Assembly (NCBI RefSeq): GCF_022045235.1
Contig: NW_027266308.1
Coordinates: forward strand, 2,108,001-2,172,000
DNA: 64,000 nt
From: Haliotis cracherodii
Taxonomy: Eukaryota
Reading direction: 5' to 3'
Made by a program: the position numbers and the translations under genes. Position 1 is the first letter of the stretch; every line of letters begins with the position of its first letter. A model generated the notes under the pieces. That model was given only the letters and a program-made list of their open reading frames with translations. It was not told where the DNA came from and searched no databases. Shown here in pieces: positions 40,882-55,700 of this stretch.

Positions 40882-41604
40882 CACGTACACCCGGTGGGGA
40901 TTCCCCAGCCGGTCGAACGAGGCGACTAATTGGATCGGGTGGTCGGTGATTTGATTTATGGCGTGCCAACGTTACCCGACGGCGTTGATTGTTGCTCATT
41001 ATGTTAATCACTGGATTGTCAGGTCCCGACTTTTTTTATTTACAGTCAGACGCATATATGTATATTGCAGTGTACGTGACACAACAAACACGCACACGCA
41101 CACGCACAAACACACACACACACACTCATTACTGATCAATTACATGTAGAGTTGTATGGCTGAACCAATGTTAAACAATCCCTTCCATTCTGTCCTGCTC
41201 TCTGACGTCATATCCTGACTGATGAGACCGACGCTAATATCAGAATTGTGTCGATATCACTTCCTCTCACTTTCCTGCTGTAGCTGCAACAGACGCACAA
41301 TGGTGTCCACTTAGAACATGTTTCACCTACACACAGACGCCAAGCAGGCGCGTTGCCACGTAAACCAGTGGTATATACTACTCAAAAGAAGTTGAGAACA
41401 CCTCATTCTTTCCTATTACTATAATTCATCAGTGATGCCAAAGAACCACGAATTCCTTATATTCTTTTGAGTACTAGATATAAAAATATAGTCCTTCACC
41501 ATGACTGTGGAATATGTGTATTTCATGAAAATATACCAATCTAGAATTATATAGAATATACATCTATACTGCTGCATCCATCCTCCCTCCACTGGCTGGC
41601 ACTC

Positions 41605-42360
41605 TACTGGTACATGAAGGGTACAGAATGGTACATGTAGGTACAGAACGGCATATGAAGGGTACAGCCAGAACGGAACAAGGGACAAAGAACTGTACGA
41701 GAGAACTGACATGAGAGATACAGAAGGGTACATGAGGGTACACGAGGTGTACAGAACGGTACATGAGGGGTACAGAACGGTACATGAGGGGTACAGAACG
41801 GTACATGAGGTGCACAGAACGGTACATGAGGGGTACAGAACGGTACATGAAGGGTACACGAGGGGTACACGAGGGGTACAGAACGGTACCTGAAGGGTAC
41901 ACGAGGGGTACAGAACGCTACATGAAGGGTACACGAGCAGTACAGAACGGTACACGAGGGGTACAGAACGGTACACGAGGGGTACAGAAAGGTACACGAG
42001 GGGTACAGAACGGTACACGAGGGGTACAGAACGGTACATGAAGGGTACACGAGCGGTACAGAACGTTACACGAGGGGTACAGAACGGTACACGAGGGGTA
42101 CAGAACGGTACACGAGGGGTACAGAACGATACACGAGGGGTACAGAACGGTACACGAGGGGTACAGAACGGTACATGAGGGGTACAGAACGAGACATGAA
42201 GGGTACAGAACGAGACATGAAGGGTACAGAACGAGACATGAGGGGTACAGAAAGGTACATGAAGGGTACAAGAGGGGTACAGAACGGTACATGAAGGGTA
42301 CAGAAGGGTACATGAGGGGTACAGAACGAGACATGAGGGATACAGAACGGTACATGAAGA
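41605..42360. repeat. 21-bp minisatellite (GAGGGGTACAGAACGGTACAY)
   Basis: Direct tandem periodicity. Confidence 0.95.
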
Positions 42361-43227
42361 GTAACAGATAAACATCCTTCAAACTTCGAGTAGATAATTA
42401 TTTACAAATTGCCAACTGTCATACATTTTGGATGACTGAACGTGTAGTTGTCAATTGATTGGCAATTCTAGATTAACTCATCATTGTTCTGGCATCCGTT
42501 TGGATTTTACATTCTATTTTCACATATATATGTAAATAAGACGACTTTTTCTGGTACTACCCGGTCGCCCGAGCACAATACTTCATCTCTGGACCGATTC
42601 TCGGTCATCCATATATAACAGGGTGTTGGACATCATATTAATATTTAGGTCCGTTATGAAACCAACCTACTTTGTCCACATGACTCGTCACCTGTTGCGG
42701 AGATTGTAATTACAACTCTCGATATCAAGTGTATTCATCTCCATCAAAAGCATATACATCCACATACTAATTGCACTAACGTGTGCACGTTCGCACATAA
42801 GCTGCACCCATGTTGGACACCGTCTTTGATATGTAATGTGCAGATGTGCACGCTCCTACCGCCATAGAGGCACCTGCGGCCGTGGCTGGTCCAATCTGGA
42901 TTCCAATATGGCGAGGAACTGGAGACCGTCTGTGACGCAAGAAGATTGTTTGATCTCGAAATGACGATCAGACGAATGAAATGGATGCATGAATCTCGGT
43001 TATGGGTTTCTTATGGAAACAAATTAAAGGAAAAATATCTCCATGTGCATTCGATATTTTCCAAGTGTAGTTCATATATGCATATCTCCATCAGTAAAGG
43101 TAGTAGTCATTCTGGGAATGAACTTAATTATTGCTCAAAACATGACCAAAATCCTCCTTGCACTCAAGTGTACAGAAATACAGTGGCATCTGTTTATTTT
43201 GAATGTTAAATCATTCATAATTTGTAC

Positions 43228-43525
43228 TAGGGCTGGGACGAATCCAAATTTACTACCCTATTAGTAGTCTGGTCATGCATACACTGAAGTTTACTGCATG
43301 AAGTTTTATCTTTATTCAAACATATAAAAGTCAGAAGGAACGGCTCAATGTCAGAGAGAAATGGGAACATTAGTGATTTATAGCGTAACCAAAGAGTTTT
43401 AGATAATTTTTGTCATTAAACAGTATATCACGTGACTAACGACGGGTCCGGGTAGTCCTGTGGGTACCCGGGTCCTACTTAGTACCCACCCGACCCGGGT
43501 ACCCGAGTTACCCGTCCCAGCCCTT
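43228..43525. mobile_element. hAT-like MITE
   Basis: TIR TAGGGCTGGGACG / CGTCCCAGCCCT with subterminal GGTACCCG repeats. No TSD is preserved. Confidence 0.6.
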
Positions 43526-44797
43526 CTGTTTATATACATGATAAGATACAACCGCAGTTACCTCAGGAAAACAACCAGGATTTTTCACATACAAATTCTA
43601 TAGTTTTAATCAAATCCAAGTTAAAGTTGGACTTGTTATTCCAGAATAAAGAACCAGTCACTTATATATCATCGATAATTGATCAGTTGGGACAAATCGA
43701 GAATAATCAAAGATAGATGAAGAAATAACTGCTTCCCGACCCATTGTACAGCCAATCCACAAATGACCCTGGCCGCAAACAGAACTATGGCGTCCAAGAT
43801 TATTTAAAACAGAAAATCTCTTTTTTTAAATAATATTTATCATAATTATGGAGTATCTATATACAGCAGAAATCAAAGCTATTAATCATTTGAAAAATAA
43901 GGCTACACAAATATTTTAAAATACAACATATATTCCCGTTAAAAATTGCCCCATATTCTTCAGTGGGTGTTCGAGTTAACTATGTCTTCATAGGGCATGT
44001 ATGCAGGTTTCGTCACTATCCCGTTCCTTGTATCACCGAATATTAGATTAATTATCACTTTTAATCAAGCGGCGATAAATACTTTGATCAGATAGTCACT
44101 CGTTAAGGGGCTAATTGCGGTAACGTGCAAACACATGCGCGTTAGTGTTAAATGCATCAACAAGTGTGATGCGAGGACTTTGATGTTCCCTGGCGCCCCC
44201 TAGCGGATCCGTGAGATATCAATTTGCACGATTTTTCCGATCTTTGATCGATGATAATTCTCTTGAAATTCAAGATGGCCGCCATATGCGATCAATTTTT
44301 CGCCCACAGTGCCCTGCAAGCGTGTAGATTTGGTGTCAAGCTCCCGCTGAAATATATTGTGTAAGAGTATATACTGATGATACAATCACAAAGAATGCTA
44401 TTGTCCACGTGTGTAAGGTGTAAATAAAGAGAGATTATCTACCATTAACTTCTTAAACAGGCTAAAAGTTAAGAGTGACGTCTTTGACATTTTCGTCCAA
44501 TGTTTCTTTTTTTTCTCTTAGAAATCGAAAGTAAAACACATATAAACTGGTGATTACAAAATTTGCATGTAAATATGTTATAATCTAACGTGATATTGCA
44601 AATATCATTTCGCTTTTTCAAAATTTCAATGAATTGACTTGAAGACGGGTTTGACTAGGATGTACGTGCCAATTTCTGTTTTATTCTTTGATGCGACGTT
44701 TGGTGGATATATTTTTTATGCAAAATTAAGGCAAATCAGCTTGCTTCAATAAGTCAAACCTGACTTCATGTATCACCGTGGCTTCTAAATGCCATTG

Positions 44798-45060
44798 GAC
44801 CCGTGAAGATCCGGGTTAGAATAGGTTTACAGCAACCCATGCTTGCTGTAAAAGGCGACTATGCTTGTCGTAAGAGGCGACTAACGGGATCGGGTGGTCA
44901 GACTCGCTGACTTGGTTGATGCATGTCATCGATCCCAATTGCGTGGATCAATGCTTATGATGTCAATCACTGGATTGTCTGTTCCAGACTCGATTATTTA
45001 CAGACCGCCATCATATAGCTCTAATATTGTTGAGTGCGCACGGCGTTATACACAACAAAC
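44798..45060 (+). mobile_element. Family A retroposon, full length, with an internal 22-bp duplication
   Basis: GACCCGTGAAGATCCGGG head. ATGCTTG..GGCGACT occurs twice. TSD CTAAATGC(C/A)ATTG. Confidence 0.9.
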
Positions 45061-45527
45061 GACTAAATGCAATTGAAAGATAAAGTATAAAATATGAAAA
45101 TTTCTCGAAGTGCTACGTGGATTGAATCCTATACGTGTTAAAAATGATGTTCACCAATGTAATGTAATTATGGTTTAATTATCGCGCCGTCGATTATCAA
45201 CACCGTCAGCTCCAGCTATACGTCTAAATGAACGTGGTAATTACCGCAAAGTGTCCAGTAAGTGACATCAAAGTCCGCCTCGGCTACAGGTGGTTTGGTC
45301 GGCTAGTAGAAACTAGCGCCCCCTAGCGGTGAACGATGTGTGAAGGCATTTACACGATCTGGTGCAGCTTTGATCTACAATACTGCAGCGTTGCTTCAAA
45401 TATGGTCCAACTCCGATATACGGGATGGCCATATTGTGATAATTGATTTTGATAGGGGAAGATTTTCTGTTGGAAAGAAATTGTCTTCATCATCATCATC
45501 ATCATCGTCGTCGTCGTCGTTGGAAAT

Positions 45528-45745
45528 ACCCGTAAAAGACGACTATGCTTGTCGTAAGGGTCGATTAACGGGATCTGGTGGTCAGGCTCGCTGACTTAGT
45601 TGATGCATGTCATTGATCCCAGTTGTGTGGATCGATGCTCATGATGTCAACCACTGGATTGTCAGGCCCAGACTAGATTATTTACAGACCGCCGTCATGT
45701 AGCTAGAATATTCCTGAGTGCGGCGTTAAACAACACACAAACAAA
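45528..45745 (+). mobile_element. Family A retroposon, 5'-truncated
   Basis: Core and tail match. TSD CGTTGGAAAT. Confidence 0.85.
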
Positions 45746-45955
45746 CGTTGGAAATTCCTCAAAGAGGATTATCATACGCATTCATTAGATTCTAATATAC
45801 TTACATCTACGGTAACAAAATATGCACAGACTGCACAACATTTTATTAATGTATTTAAGAATGAAGTAGCAATTAAATTTTCAACAACGAAACAAGTTAT
45901 GTCAAAGCTCACATCATATAGAGGCATCACTTTCAGCTACCTCCGAAACGTGTCA

Positions 45956-46063
45956 TCATGATATTAATCACTGGATTGTCTGGTCCAGACTCGATTATTT
46001 ACAGACCGCCGTCATATAGCTGGAATATTGCTGAGTGCGGCGTTAAACAAACAAACAAACAAA
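45956..46063 (+). mobile_element. Family A 3' half
   Basis: Tail matches. 14-bp TSD TCCGAAACGTGTCA. Confidence 0.85.
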
Positions 46064-47351
46064 TCCGAAACGTGTCAAACGTACAACACAACCCTCTTGT
46101 AAAGTCACACCATCCTAGCGAAGGTCAACGAGTGCTACATTAATTTGCATCTTTGTATTATTTCATGTGCAACAATATTCTCTCTGCAACGATGTTGCAA
46201 CCACAACGCCTACAGTGGCGACAGGTCACAATGTTAATTAAATCACTTTCCAGGCACAGGGTCTACAGAGGCAGAGTAACTTCTACAGTGTTGTAATGGT
46301 TTCGTCACAATATTTCTGTCAAAAATGAAATTGACCAATGATGTTGAATGATAGGATACAAAGATTAGGGTCGTAGGTGAACTTCAGTTTTCAGATTGGT
46401 ATTTGAATTCATAAGCGGGGATTTACATTTAGAAACGTGCTGTATTCCGATCAAACGCTATGGATATGTGTATTGCTGGATCGTTCCGGACATCGGTGAG
46501 TTGATAGTATTTCTTTCCCGAATATCGAGAAACCTTTGTTAAATTTCAATTGTCCAGCTGTGCATGCGATTTAATCCGGGTTACGGGTCAGAATATGTCC
46601 CCTGCACGCCATTCTTTTTAAATGAAAGTCCAGTGGCCACAATATGTGGTATGACTGATTGTTGGTGATTCTTAGTCGTTTGCTGTGCTTTCAGCCAGGG
46701 AAATGCCTAATGCTCTCTCGATTTACAGCCATCGTGATATTTCTAAGTTGGGCGTAAAACATCATTCATCCCCTTGGCTCTTGTATATTTATTGGCAAAA
46801 CCCTGGGAGAACGCTTTAAAAACTTGCCTCAAGATCAGATGTAGGCCTACATTGCGTCTCTCGGGGGAGACAGGTGATCAAACTGTTTTCACCATCCTCT
46901 TTCACATAGGCGGACAACGTGCTATGCATGCGTAAAGAAATTAAGGCGTTTTAATGTCATGATAACAGAGAATCGGTAACTGAAGGCTACTTTGATATTT
47001 CGACATCATCAGTATGATATTTCCACCACTGATAATATTGATATACATACGGATCAACGCTAATAATATCAGTGTACAGTGTAGCCTCATAGCTTCATAA
47101 AAATACCCTGACACTCTATTGTCAGTCTCGGTAATTCGGTTGATTTCGTGTCATCGTACCCCAACGGCTTAGGGTGTTGCTCAAGCTATCGTCCACATGA
47201 TAATCTGGCAAAGCATAGCCTGTCGTGATATTGTTTGACAATTCCTGACTTCGGTGTATACAAAATAAATAAATTATAAGTAAAAGTAAGTGATTAACTT
47301 CTGTTCAGTCATTTAAACCTTTGTCAATACAAATTGTTCTTCCAAGACCTT

Positions 47352-47610
47352 GGACCCGTGAAGATCCGGGGTGGAATAGGTCTTCAGCAACCCATGCTTG
47401 CCGTTATAGGCGACTATGCTCGTAGTGAGAGGCGACTAACGGATCGGGTGGTCAGGCTCGCTAACTTGGTTAATGCATGTCATCGTATCTCAATTACGTA
47501 GATCGATGCTCATGGCGTCCTTCACGGGATTGTTTGGTCCACACTCGAGTATTTACAGACTGCCGTCATATAGCCGCAATATTGCTGAGTGGGACGTTAA
47601 CAACAAGCAC
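47352..47610 (+). mobile_element. Family A retroposon, full length
   Basis: GGACCCGTGAAGATCCGGG head. Flanking repeat CCAAGACC. Confidence 0.85.
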
Positions 47611-48672
47611 CCCAAGACCGTGTCAGGTGTGTGGATTCTACAACTCACTGGCGAAATATTGGTGCCCTTGTCGAAGGAGAAACCAGACACATTGTTGACG
47701 CTTACATGAACAGATTACATCAATGTTCCACAGTTAGGTCGAACTGACGAGGCTGTGGAGTATCGGAAACTAAAATGTATATATGTAAATGTGGAATACT
47801 ACGGCAGCCTGTTAGGGCCATTTGTTGTTAATTTCAAGATACTAAGGTGAAATTTCAAACTATTTAACTTGAAATTTCAAGATAATTAGCTGACATTTTG
47901 TCGACACTACTACGTGTTCAAAACTTGTCATCACCAGTGAAATTAACGAACAAAACACGTAAACTATATAAATGTCTTCCGAGACATCGCATTATCTTGA
48001 AAGTTTCAAGATAAAAGGTTCACATTTCAAGTTAATATCTTGAAATTTCAACTTATTCACTTGAGATTAAACTCATGTACTGGTAATAAACATAAATATA
48101 AGTAGTTATATATATTATACAGCTAGATCCAGTGGCTGGGTGGGATACGATGACATACATCAACCAAGTCAGCGAGCAAGACCACCCGATCCCGTTAGTC
48201 GCCTCCTACGACAAATTTAACATAGTCGACTTTTCTTTTATGCCCAGGCTCATACGGACCGACTCATATCTTGAGGGTCCAAACATACATAGGCATTAAT
48301 GAAAGACTCCGGTCTAAGTGTGTAAAATGCACCTGTCTTAATAACAGTTACTGTATAGGGCTATACGTCGTAAGGAAATCGTCACAACGATGTTAATGCC
48401 TTGATCATGGTACGGATGAACTCGAAATATATATTTTAAATATGAAAATGACATGAATAATTAATTTAGTAATTATTTCTTTTATTTTGGTTGACGTATA
48501 GGTATTGTACGGTATGATATGATCTCAAGGTTGTGCGACGGCAGTCTAGCTTCAATCCCATGTTAACATTGTTCAACTATCATCTACTAAGTGCAATGTA
48601 TGTGTCGTTGTTACAAGTTATGGAGACATTTCAGGGACATCGTATAATCCAGAATCAGATTCAAAGACAGAG

Positions 48673-48889
48673 TTGGTTGGTTTGTTGTTTTACGCCGCAG
48701 TCAGCAATATTCCAGCTATATGACGGCGGTCTGTAAATAATCGAGTCTGGACCAGACAATCCAGTGACTGACATCATGAGCATCGATCCACGCAATTGGG
48801 ATACGATGACATGCATCAACCAAGTCAGCGAGCCTGACCACCTGTTCCCGTTAGTCGCCTTTTACGGCAAGCATGATCTTCGCGGGTCC
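48673..48889 (-). mobile_element. Family A retroposon with a deletion in the head; other fragments at 38472-38560, 40890-41090, 48140-48262 and 49853-49910
   Basis: Matches the family from the tail to GGACCCGCGAAGAT. Confidence 0.8.
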
Positions 48890-48896
48890 AGAGAGA

Positions 48897-49287
48897 GCGA
48901 GCTGTTTATTTCACATATATGGACATGATCAGTATCGTAACGTTTGGCAGGTGATCATTTAGGCATAGCATATAGCTTTACCAATCTTGCACAGCTATGA
49001 AAATAGAATAAGAACGAAAGACGTTTTGGCTCAGATAATTATGAAATATACGTTTACGAATGCCGAAATAGATCTACATAGGATTCAGTTACCTACATTA
49101 ATAAATCTATTTATGTGTTGTTTATCATATTCAACATAAACGAAAAAGAAATTAAGATACATGTTAGTGCTATTATTAAATCATTTACTACGGGGAAACG
49201 TGGCCTGACTCACTCGCCGATATGGCCTACACGTGTATGCTTATTTCGTGTGGATCTACTTGTGCTTTCATTCATAAAATTCCCCTT
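48897..49287 (-). repeat. Third, inverted copy of family F
   Basis: The reverse complement matches 38674-39078. It begins TTAA|GGGGAATTTTATG. Confidence 0.7.
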
Positions 49288-49429
49288 AAGCAACATTGTG
49301 TAACAAAGGGTCGTGTCCTGGCGAACGAAAACACCCCCAAATATGGACGAAAGATCATTCATTTGCAACTTTGTGGTACTTCCAGTGGTGGCTATGTCCG
49401 ACATCTAAAGATTAAGGTCAGATGTCAAC

Positions 49430-49529
49430 TACGGAAGCCTTTTAGGGCCATTTGTTTTTTTTCGACAATCTTCTTGAAATTTCAAGTTGAAAAAATTAAA
49501 AAAACACATGGCCCTAAAAGGCTTCCGTA
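49430..49529. mobile_element. 100-bp MITE with TACGG...CCGTA termini and a 7-bp TSD; related longer fragment from 47799
   Basis: 22-bp perfect TIR TACGGAAGCCTTTTAGGGCCAT. TGTCAAC on both sides. Confidence 0.8.
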
Positions 49530-49595
49530 TGTCAACTTTTCCAAGGGTGTATATTAGGACTTCACGTCTTATCAAAGTTCATCTGACAGAAATTA

Positions 49596-49755
49596 GAGCG
49601 AGTATGGTATTACGCCGCCTTTAGCGATATTCCAGCAATATCACGGCAGGAACACCGGAAACGGGCTTCACGCATTGTACCCATGTAGGAAATCGAACCA
49701 GGGTCTTCGGCGTGACGAGCGAACGCTTTAACCACCAGACTATCCCACGGCTCCC
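49596..49755 (-). mobile_element. Family B tRNA-derived SINE
   Basis: Homologous to 23345-23505. Confidence 0.8.
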
Positions 49756-52700
49756 ACAGAAGTTGGGTTAACTATACATATGACATTAACTAAAACTATG
49801 TCTAAAGAGTGTATCCCAATCTATATTCAGGAATTGCGTGAGCTATTAATTGTTTTGTTTGTCGTTTCTTGTTTAACGCCGCAGTCAGCAATATTCCAGC
49901 TATATGACGGAAACTATAAATTGATACATGTTGATATCATTATGTAAGGTGCATATTTCATCAGCTAATACGACATCAAACATGCCGGCGTCTGCCAGGT
50001 CTAGGCGGGTAGGATACTACGAGGGTATTGGCGACACAGCGTTAAAAACATTGGCTGCTACACCTTGTAGGTGCGTTAATTGGCCCTTTGTCATTGAAAA
50101 AGTTGATGATTTCACAGGTAAACATTGTATAATGGCCCACTTACCAAACTTTTTGCGGTACTCTCATTGCAAATTCATTTCGGATTAATTATTCATCGGG
50201 TTCGTACCGGCGCGACGATCGTCTAACAGGAGTGGGGATTAACTCCGTTCCTTGTTAACTACAAATTAAATAAACGATATATTAATTAATGCAATTAACA
50301 GGTACAATCGATCAAAGGGGCCGACACAGTCAATATTGCAGTTGTCGATTGATCTTTTGCCTCAACGGGTCTATCCCAGACGTTTGGTAAGGAACTTAGT
50401 GATGTGAATATTTGGACTAGCGATCAGCTGTAAAATGAATTACAATACGATTTGTAATAATCTGCGCGTGCTGTTGATTGAATAAAACTGGATTAACCAG
50501 GTATTATCTGATATATATGTATATCAAAAGCTTTTGAAAAGCCGACACAAGAAATAATCAACAAACCTTATGTTATATTAAACTTTTAGAACTTTAATAA
50601 AATCTTATTTGCACAAGCGATATACCCTTTTTATAACAAACATTGTATTCAATGCTATTCGTCATAAATAAGTAGTGTGTCCAGATATAAGCAATGATAT
50701 TTGATATTTAATAACCTCGTTTTCCAATAAAGATACTATTTGAAATTTTATACTTTTTGGAGGAATATCGGGACAAATCTTTTTGAGTCATTCACGTAGA
50801 TCTCACACACCATGACAGCTCATCCAAAAAAAATATATAAAGAACATTATATTTCTTGACATACGAATACCTCAAGTCAGAAATAATATACATTATTGCT
50901 ACGACAACACATTACAGTTTAGGAATGCATTTCAAGGCTTAAATGCAATGTACACCTTTTGTCACCTATATCAAATACCTTTACGTCAGTAACAACAATA
51001 GACGAAATGTTAATTGCTGGATATGCAATCAATAGCGTTGTGTCAACACATCCTTCGTAGTTCAATTGTAAAACAAACTTGCTGAAATAGTGCCACGAAG
51101 TCAAGTTCTAGATGGCTATTTTGACACTTTACTAAATCATTACAATGCACTATTGGATTACTAAAAAAACAGAGAAAATGGAGTTTGACATTTAATATGT
51201 ATGTGTGCACGACTTAAAACTTCGATATCGAAATGAACATTCTCAGCGAAACCAGAAATCTGATATGCCTTCTTTATATTTTAAATGAAAACAAAAGTTA
51301 TCTATATGCCTAATTATTCTGGTTTTCACAACATGCTAATTAATTTATGATTCCATTGGCATCTTCACCCAGCCCCAACTCAGTTTGAGCACGCGAGCGA
51401 TGTACGTTGCCGTCAGTCAAGACATTGACAAGTTTATAGCGGGCACCTGCGCACCGTCGCTGCATCGTTAACGGTTGTATATTACTCACTGACAGTTTGA
51501 CATATGTCAAAACCCCACTGCTCCATGTATCTGGTCCCATCCATTGCACACATTCTCAAAAGAAAGGGTAGTTTTTGCTTAAAGTTATACCTAGCAATCG
51601 TTTGAATCTGTCAATCAATATGTAACAGAAATGTCGACAACGAAAATACCGCCACGAAACAGTTCGCAACTGATCCCCTCAATGTGAGAATCGTCTCAAA
51701 TAATTAAAGTATCATTATCTATTTTTACCTGATCAACTTGCTCCATATTTGTCAATTAAAAAATAATAAATAAATTGGCCAACAGACAATAAAAATACAT
51801 TTCAAACAGTTGAATTACAACCAACTATACGTTCACTGTACGTTCATCAGTTCATTGGGTTCAAAGGCCTTAGGAATTAGCACAAAAACAATGTAGTCTG
51901 TATAATTCTCAACTTGATAATTAAATCATTCTTGCGTTCATCATTTTTCACTGTTTCTGAAAAATGTTTATATATACTTACTTGAGATTTGCTTTTCTTT
52001 TTATTAATATATATATTTTTATAAATATATAGATCTATATGTGTGTGTAACTCATATTAGCGGGTGACACGTGATAAAATATACCCCTCTCCTTCTCTTC
52101 ATAAAATTCGCCAATCTTTTATAAACGTCTAACCTTACATATATTCAGAGGCCGCATGTTATTACATGGTCTCTTGTTCAGTCTGCACCAAAAGGTTATT
52201 TGTACAAGACAGCCAACATTATCACCAAACTTGGTCTAAATCTACACTTGCATAAGGGAAATAGACATCAAAGCGCCGCGGTACGTATCACTTTGTAAAG
52301 TATGCCATGCAAACACCACCTAAAACGACTTACATTTATCCTATAGATAATTACACACCCAGAATGATAATTACATGTGTAATAAGATTGAAGAAGAAGA
52401 ATAAACGTGCTACGTTTGCAAAAGTGTTTTGTTACCAAGGTGACAAACGGCAGGTAAGTCCTTTGATGGAATCGTAAAAGTGGTACAAAATCGTTAACCA
52501 CACAGACACTATACTAAGACAATGAAGGTGTGGGAGACGTTCAAGTTGCCGGCCCGAGGGAAGCCTGTTGTTTTAACACTAAAACTACCTTTCTGGAAAC
52601 AAAAGAAGGGAGACACGCATGGCTATTTATCAAAAGTCTTGTACAAACTTCCTAAAAAGACAAAAGGCGACGGATTGTCCCTATCAGGTTCGGACAAAAG

Positions 52701-55700
52701 CGTACACCAAATACTAAAACGCATATAGAATGAATGAAATAGCCATTATTGACAATTAAAAATACAAGAATCTATGTAAATAAGCTCAAAGGTGTTTGTA
52801 CAAGCTAAACAGCGTTTTCAACCGTGTTTCAGTTTGAGAGATTACTCGCGTATTTGAACTTAAATTGCGTCGTTGCACTTTGCACGTGCTGAAATAGACA
52901 CGGGCGCGGAAAGGACCGACAGTGTCTACACGAACACTGCTATATACGTTCATGACGTAATTACGCATTGACCCAACGCTGGCCTTTTGAATGACCGGTC
53001 CAGAAGTCACTGTTCGGAGCATCTGATTGACCAAAAAAATGACCAAATTATTTCCTAACAAAGGAATATAGACTTGTTGGGCGTCACAATATTTTTTAAT
53101 TTTGATGTAATTCGTTATAACTCCAGACAGGGTTGGCCATCGGTTCACCTCGTGTGTAATATAATACACTCTTCACAATCAATAGATCATAATGATGATC
53201 ACATGCTCAATAAATCAGGCAACTGATATTACCATGGAGTCATGTCCTCACCTTTTCAACTCGGACGTAATTTAACGATTGAACTTGATTGACACACTCA
53301 CCATTGACTGAACTAGCTGACCCCTAAACATGTTCCCGTGATGTGATATTTTAATACGATAGTCAGGTAATTGACACAAGTAATGAGTGTTTTGGACACT
53401 TATCAGCCACCAGTCTCAAAGTATAATGTTAACAGCACAGCAATTGAACAGAGCCATTTATGTTATATAATACAACGATTTTACTATCACAGTCAGTAGT
53501 AACATGATTTTTTTTCTGAAATCAAAACCTGCTGCAACATCTTAGAGCATAGGTGCCTTTTAATTACAGATAAATTGTATTTTGGATACATATGTTAACA
53601 CTCTGATTGTGTTTATCAATTGTGTATTATTTTTTGACCAAATGGTTTAATCATCTCTTTCGTACATTGCGCATGGCGAATGTTCGCAATTTAGTTTTTA
53701 CTGGCGAGTGAGACGTAAATCAATTATTCTGTTTGTCCGACTGACACAGTCGTGAAATTGGCATGTTTCCATTTAAGCTCTTTTTAAAACTTCCAATCTA
53801 TTTTTGTTTCTATAACACTTGTGGGTGTATACTGTAGATCTATGTATATATATCACGTATACACTGTTTAAACCGAGCATCTTACAAGATTGTATTGTTA
53901 CAAGTTATGTTGTGATTTTATACTTTTAAAAAAATAAACGTATGACGCGCTAATACCAAAACTCGTCCCCTGAATAACCACAGACTGGATTCGGCAGTCA
54001 GGAAGCGAAGCCAGTCGTGTTGCGACAGGGACGAGAATCTACACAGAGTTGCTTCCCTTTGTCCACTAATTCTCCGCACTTGATAGAAGCCATATGAGCC
54101 GGTAATCACTCATTGTCGGAGGCTTAAACTTGTTTCTTTGATGAAGAACTGACATTTGAAAGAAAGAACAAGCTTTTACTAAACAACAATTCGTACATTC
54201 GTTAGACTATGACGTCACTACGTAGATTTGTTTCATCAACAATACACGATGCGTAATCGTCAACCTAAGTGTGATGTCTTACGCTAAATATTCAGTTTCT
54301 TGATACAAACATATTTTCCATAAGAGAATACAATGCCCACGCCGTGATACACATCAAACACATGTACATTTCAGGGGTAGTAGATTTCAATCAGTAGGAA
54401 ATGTACATCTGATTCGACAAATTAATGTCACTTGTTGCAGCCCCGTCGAGACTAGAAGCACACTACATATGGTTTTCATACGCCTATCTTGCCGCGCTCG
54501 CTTGAGAAAAAACTAGCTACGATATCGCTAAGCCTGCGACATGGAGCATTTGTGTTGTCTTAGGTTCCTAAAGGCGACCTTTTCTCAGGAACTTTGTAAT
54601 GGCGAACTGTGTCGCAGTGGGAAACAAGAGGACACGGTGACATTTTCACTTTTTCTAATTGAGTAAGCTGCACGAACGGAAAAGATTTTTGTTACACAGT
54701 TTTTAATTACTCGATCGCGTACTTTATCCAACTTCATAAACAAGGTATATATGGAACCGAATTTTCTCACAGAATCATATTTAACGTTTATTAGGAATTC
54801 AGTTCATTGCAGATATTATATATCTGTATGGTACGCGTTTATGTTTCGTTATTACTGTAAAACTGTAAAATCTGCAAGCATTAGGTTGAAACCCTTGGTG
54901 ACTCTCATTACGTCATTTACAAAAAATGTTTCCGTTTCAAAGGGAAATAAAACAGTGCGTCATAGAAATGTGGGTCAAGCATGTGTGGCAAATGTAATGT
55001 TTTTTAAATCAGCGTTTGCACATGAAATGTGTCATGTCTAAATATAAACACCCCTTTATACAGCGCTGTATAAGCGTTATCAAACTGGTTTTCAAAAGGA
55101 GCGAAATTATTTCCGGCTTGAAGTCACGTGTTACGGCAGTGATATTGACAATAGGCCATCTCCAGTGGCCGAGATTAACGCGGGTAAGATTACCTTTGGC
55201 TACCGGGAGGAACACCACCCGCTCATGCAACTAGCGCCTATTATATATACCTTCATGACACGGGGATACATTTCGAAACAAGCATGTCACGGTTGGGCGA
55301 ATTTCGGGGATGAAATTCATCAGTATTCATATCCCTACGGGGTCCCATTCTTACAATCTCGCTCAAGCAAAAAGCGTCTTTCTAGGGTGAATGAAACGGG
55401 CTAAATTGCGCAGTGTGAAATCTCGGCGCTGAATGCCCTCCCCCACCCCCCACGTCCTCGCCCTCACCCCCCATAGCGGGATCATTTTCTGGACAGTACT
55501 GCATCCTCAGTGTCAATCACTTGTCACCTCGACAGCTCGCATCGTACATTTCAAAATAGCAAATAAACATTCTTGAGGCTCAATGTTAATTTCAGATAAT
55601 TATTGCAGCCACTGTTGTTTGGCACAGTGAAGAGAAACAGTAGCTCAACTAAACGTTACAATACCGCAATTACGGTGTCAAAACCCGAGATCGAAGCAGC

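Noticed and set aside
41219-41260. Hammerhead ribozyme (CTGATGA-GAC...GTC-GATA)
   Set aside because: The core has GATA instead of GAAA, and stems I and III are not convincing.
41419-42382. 318-aa Cys/Pro-rich ORF and overlapping ORFs
   Set aside because: Translation of a 21-bp tandem repeat.
44894-45076. Recurrent short ORFs such as MLMMSITGLSGPDSIIYRPPSYSWN
   Set aside because: They are translations of family A copies with inconsistent frames and stops.
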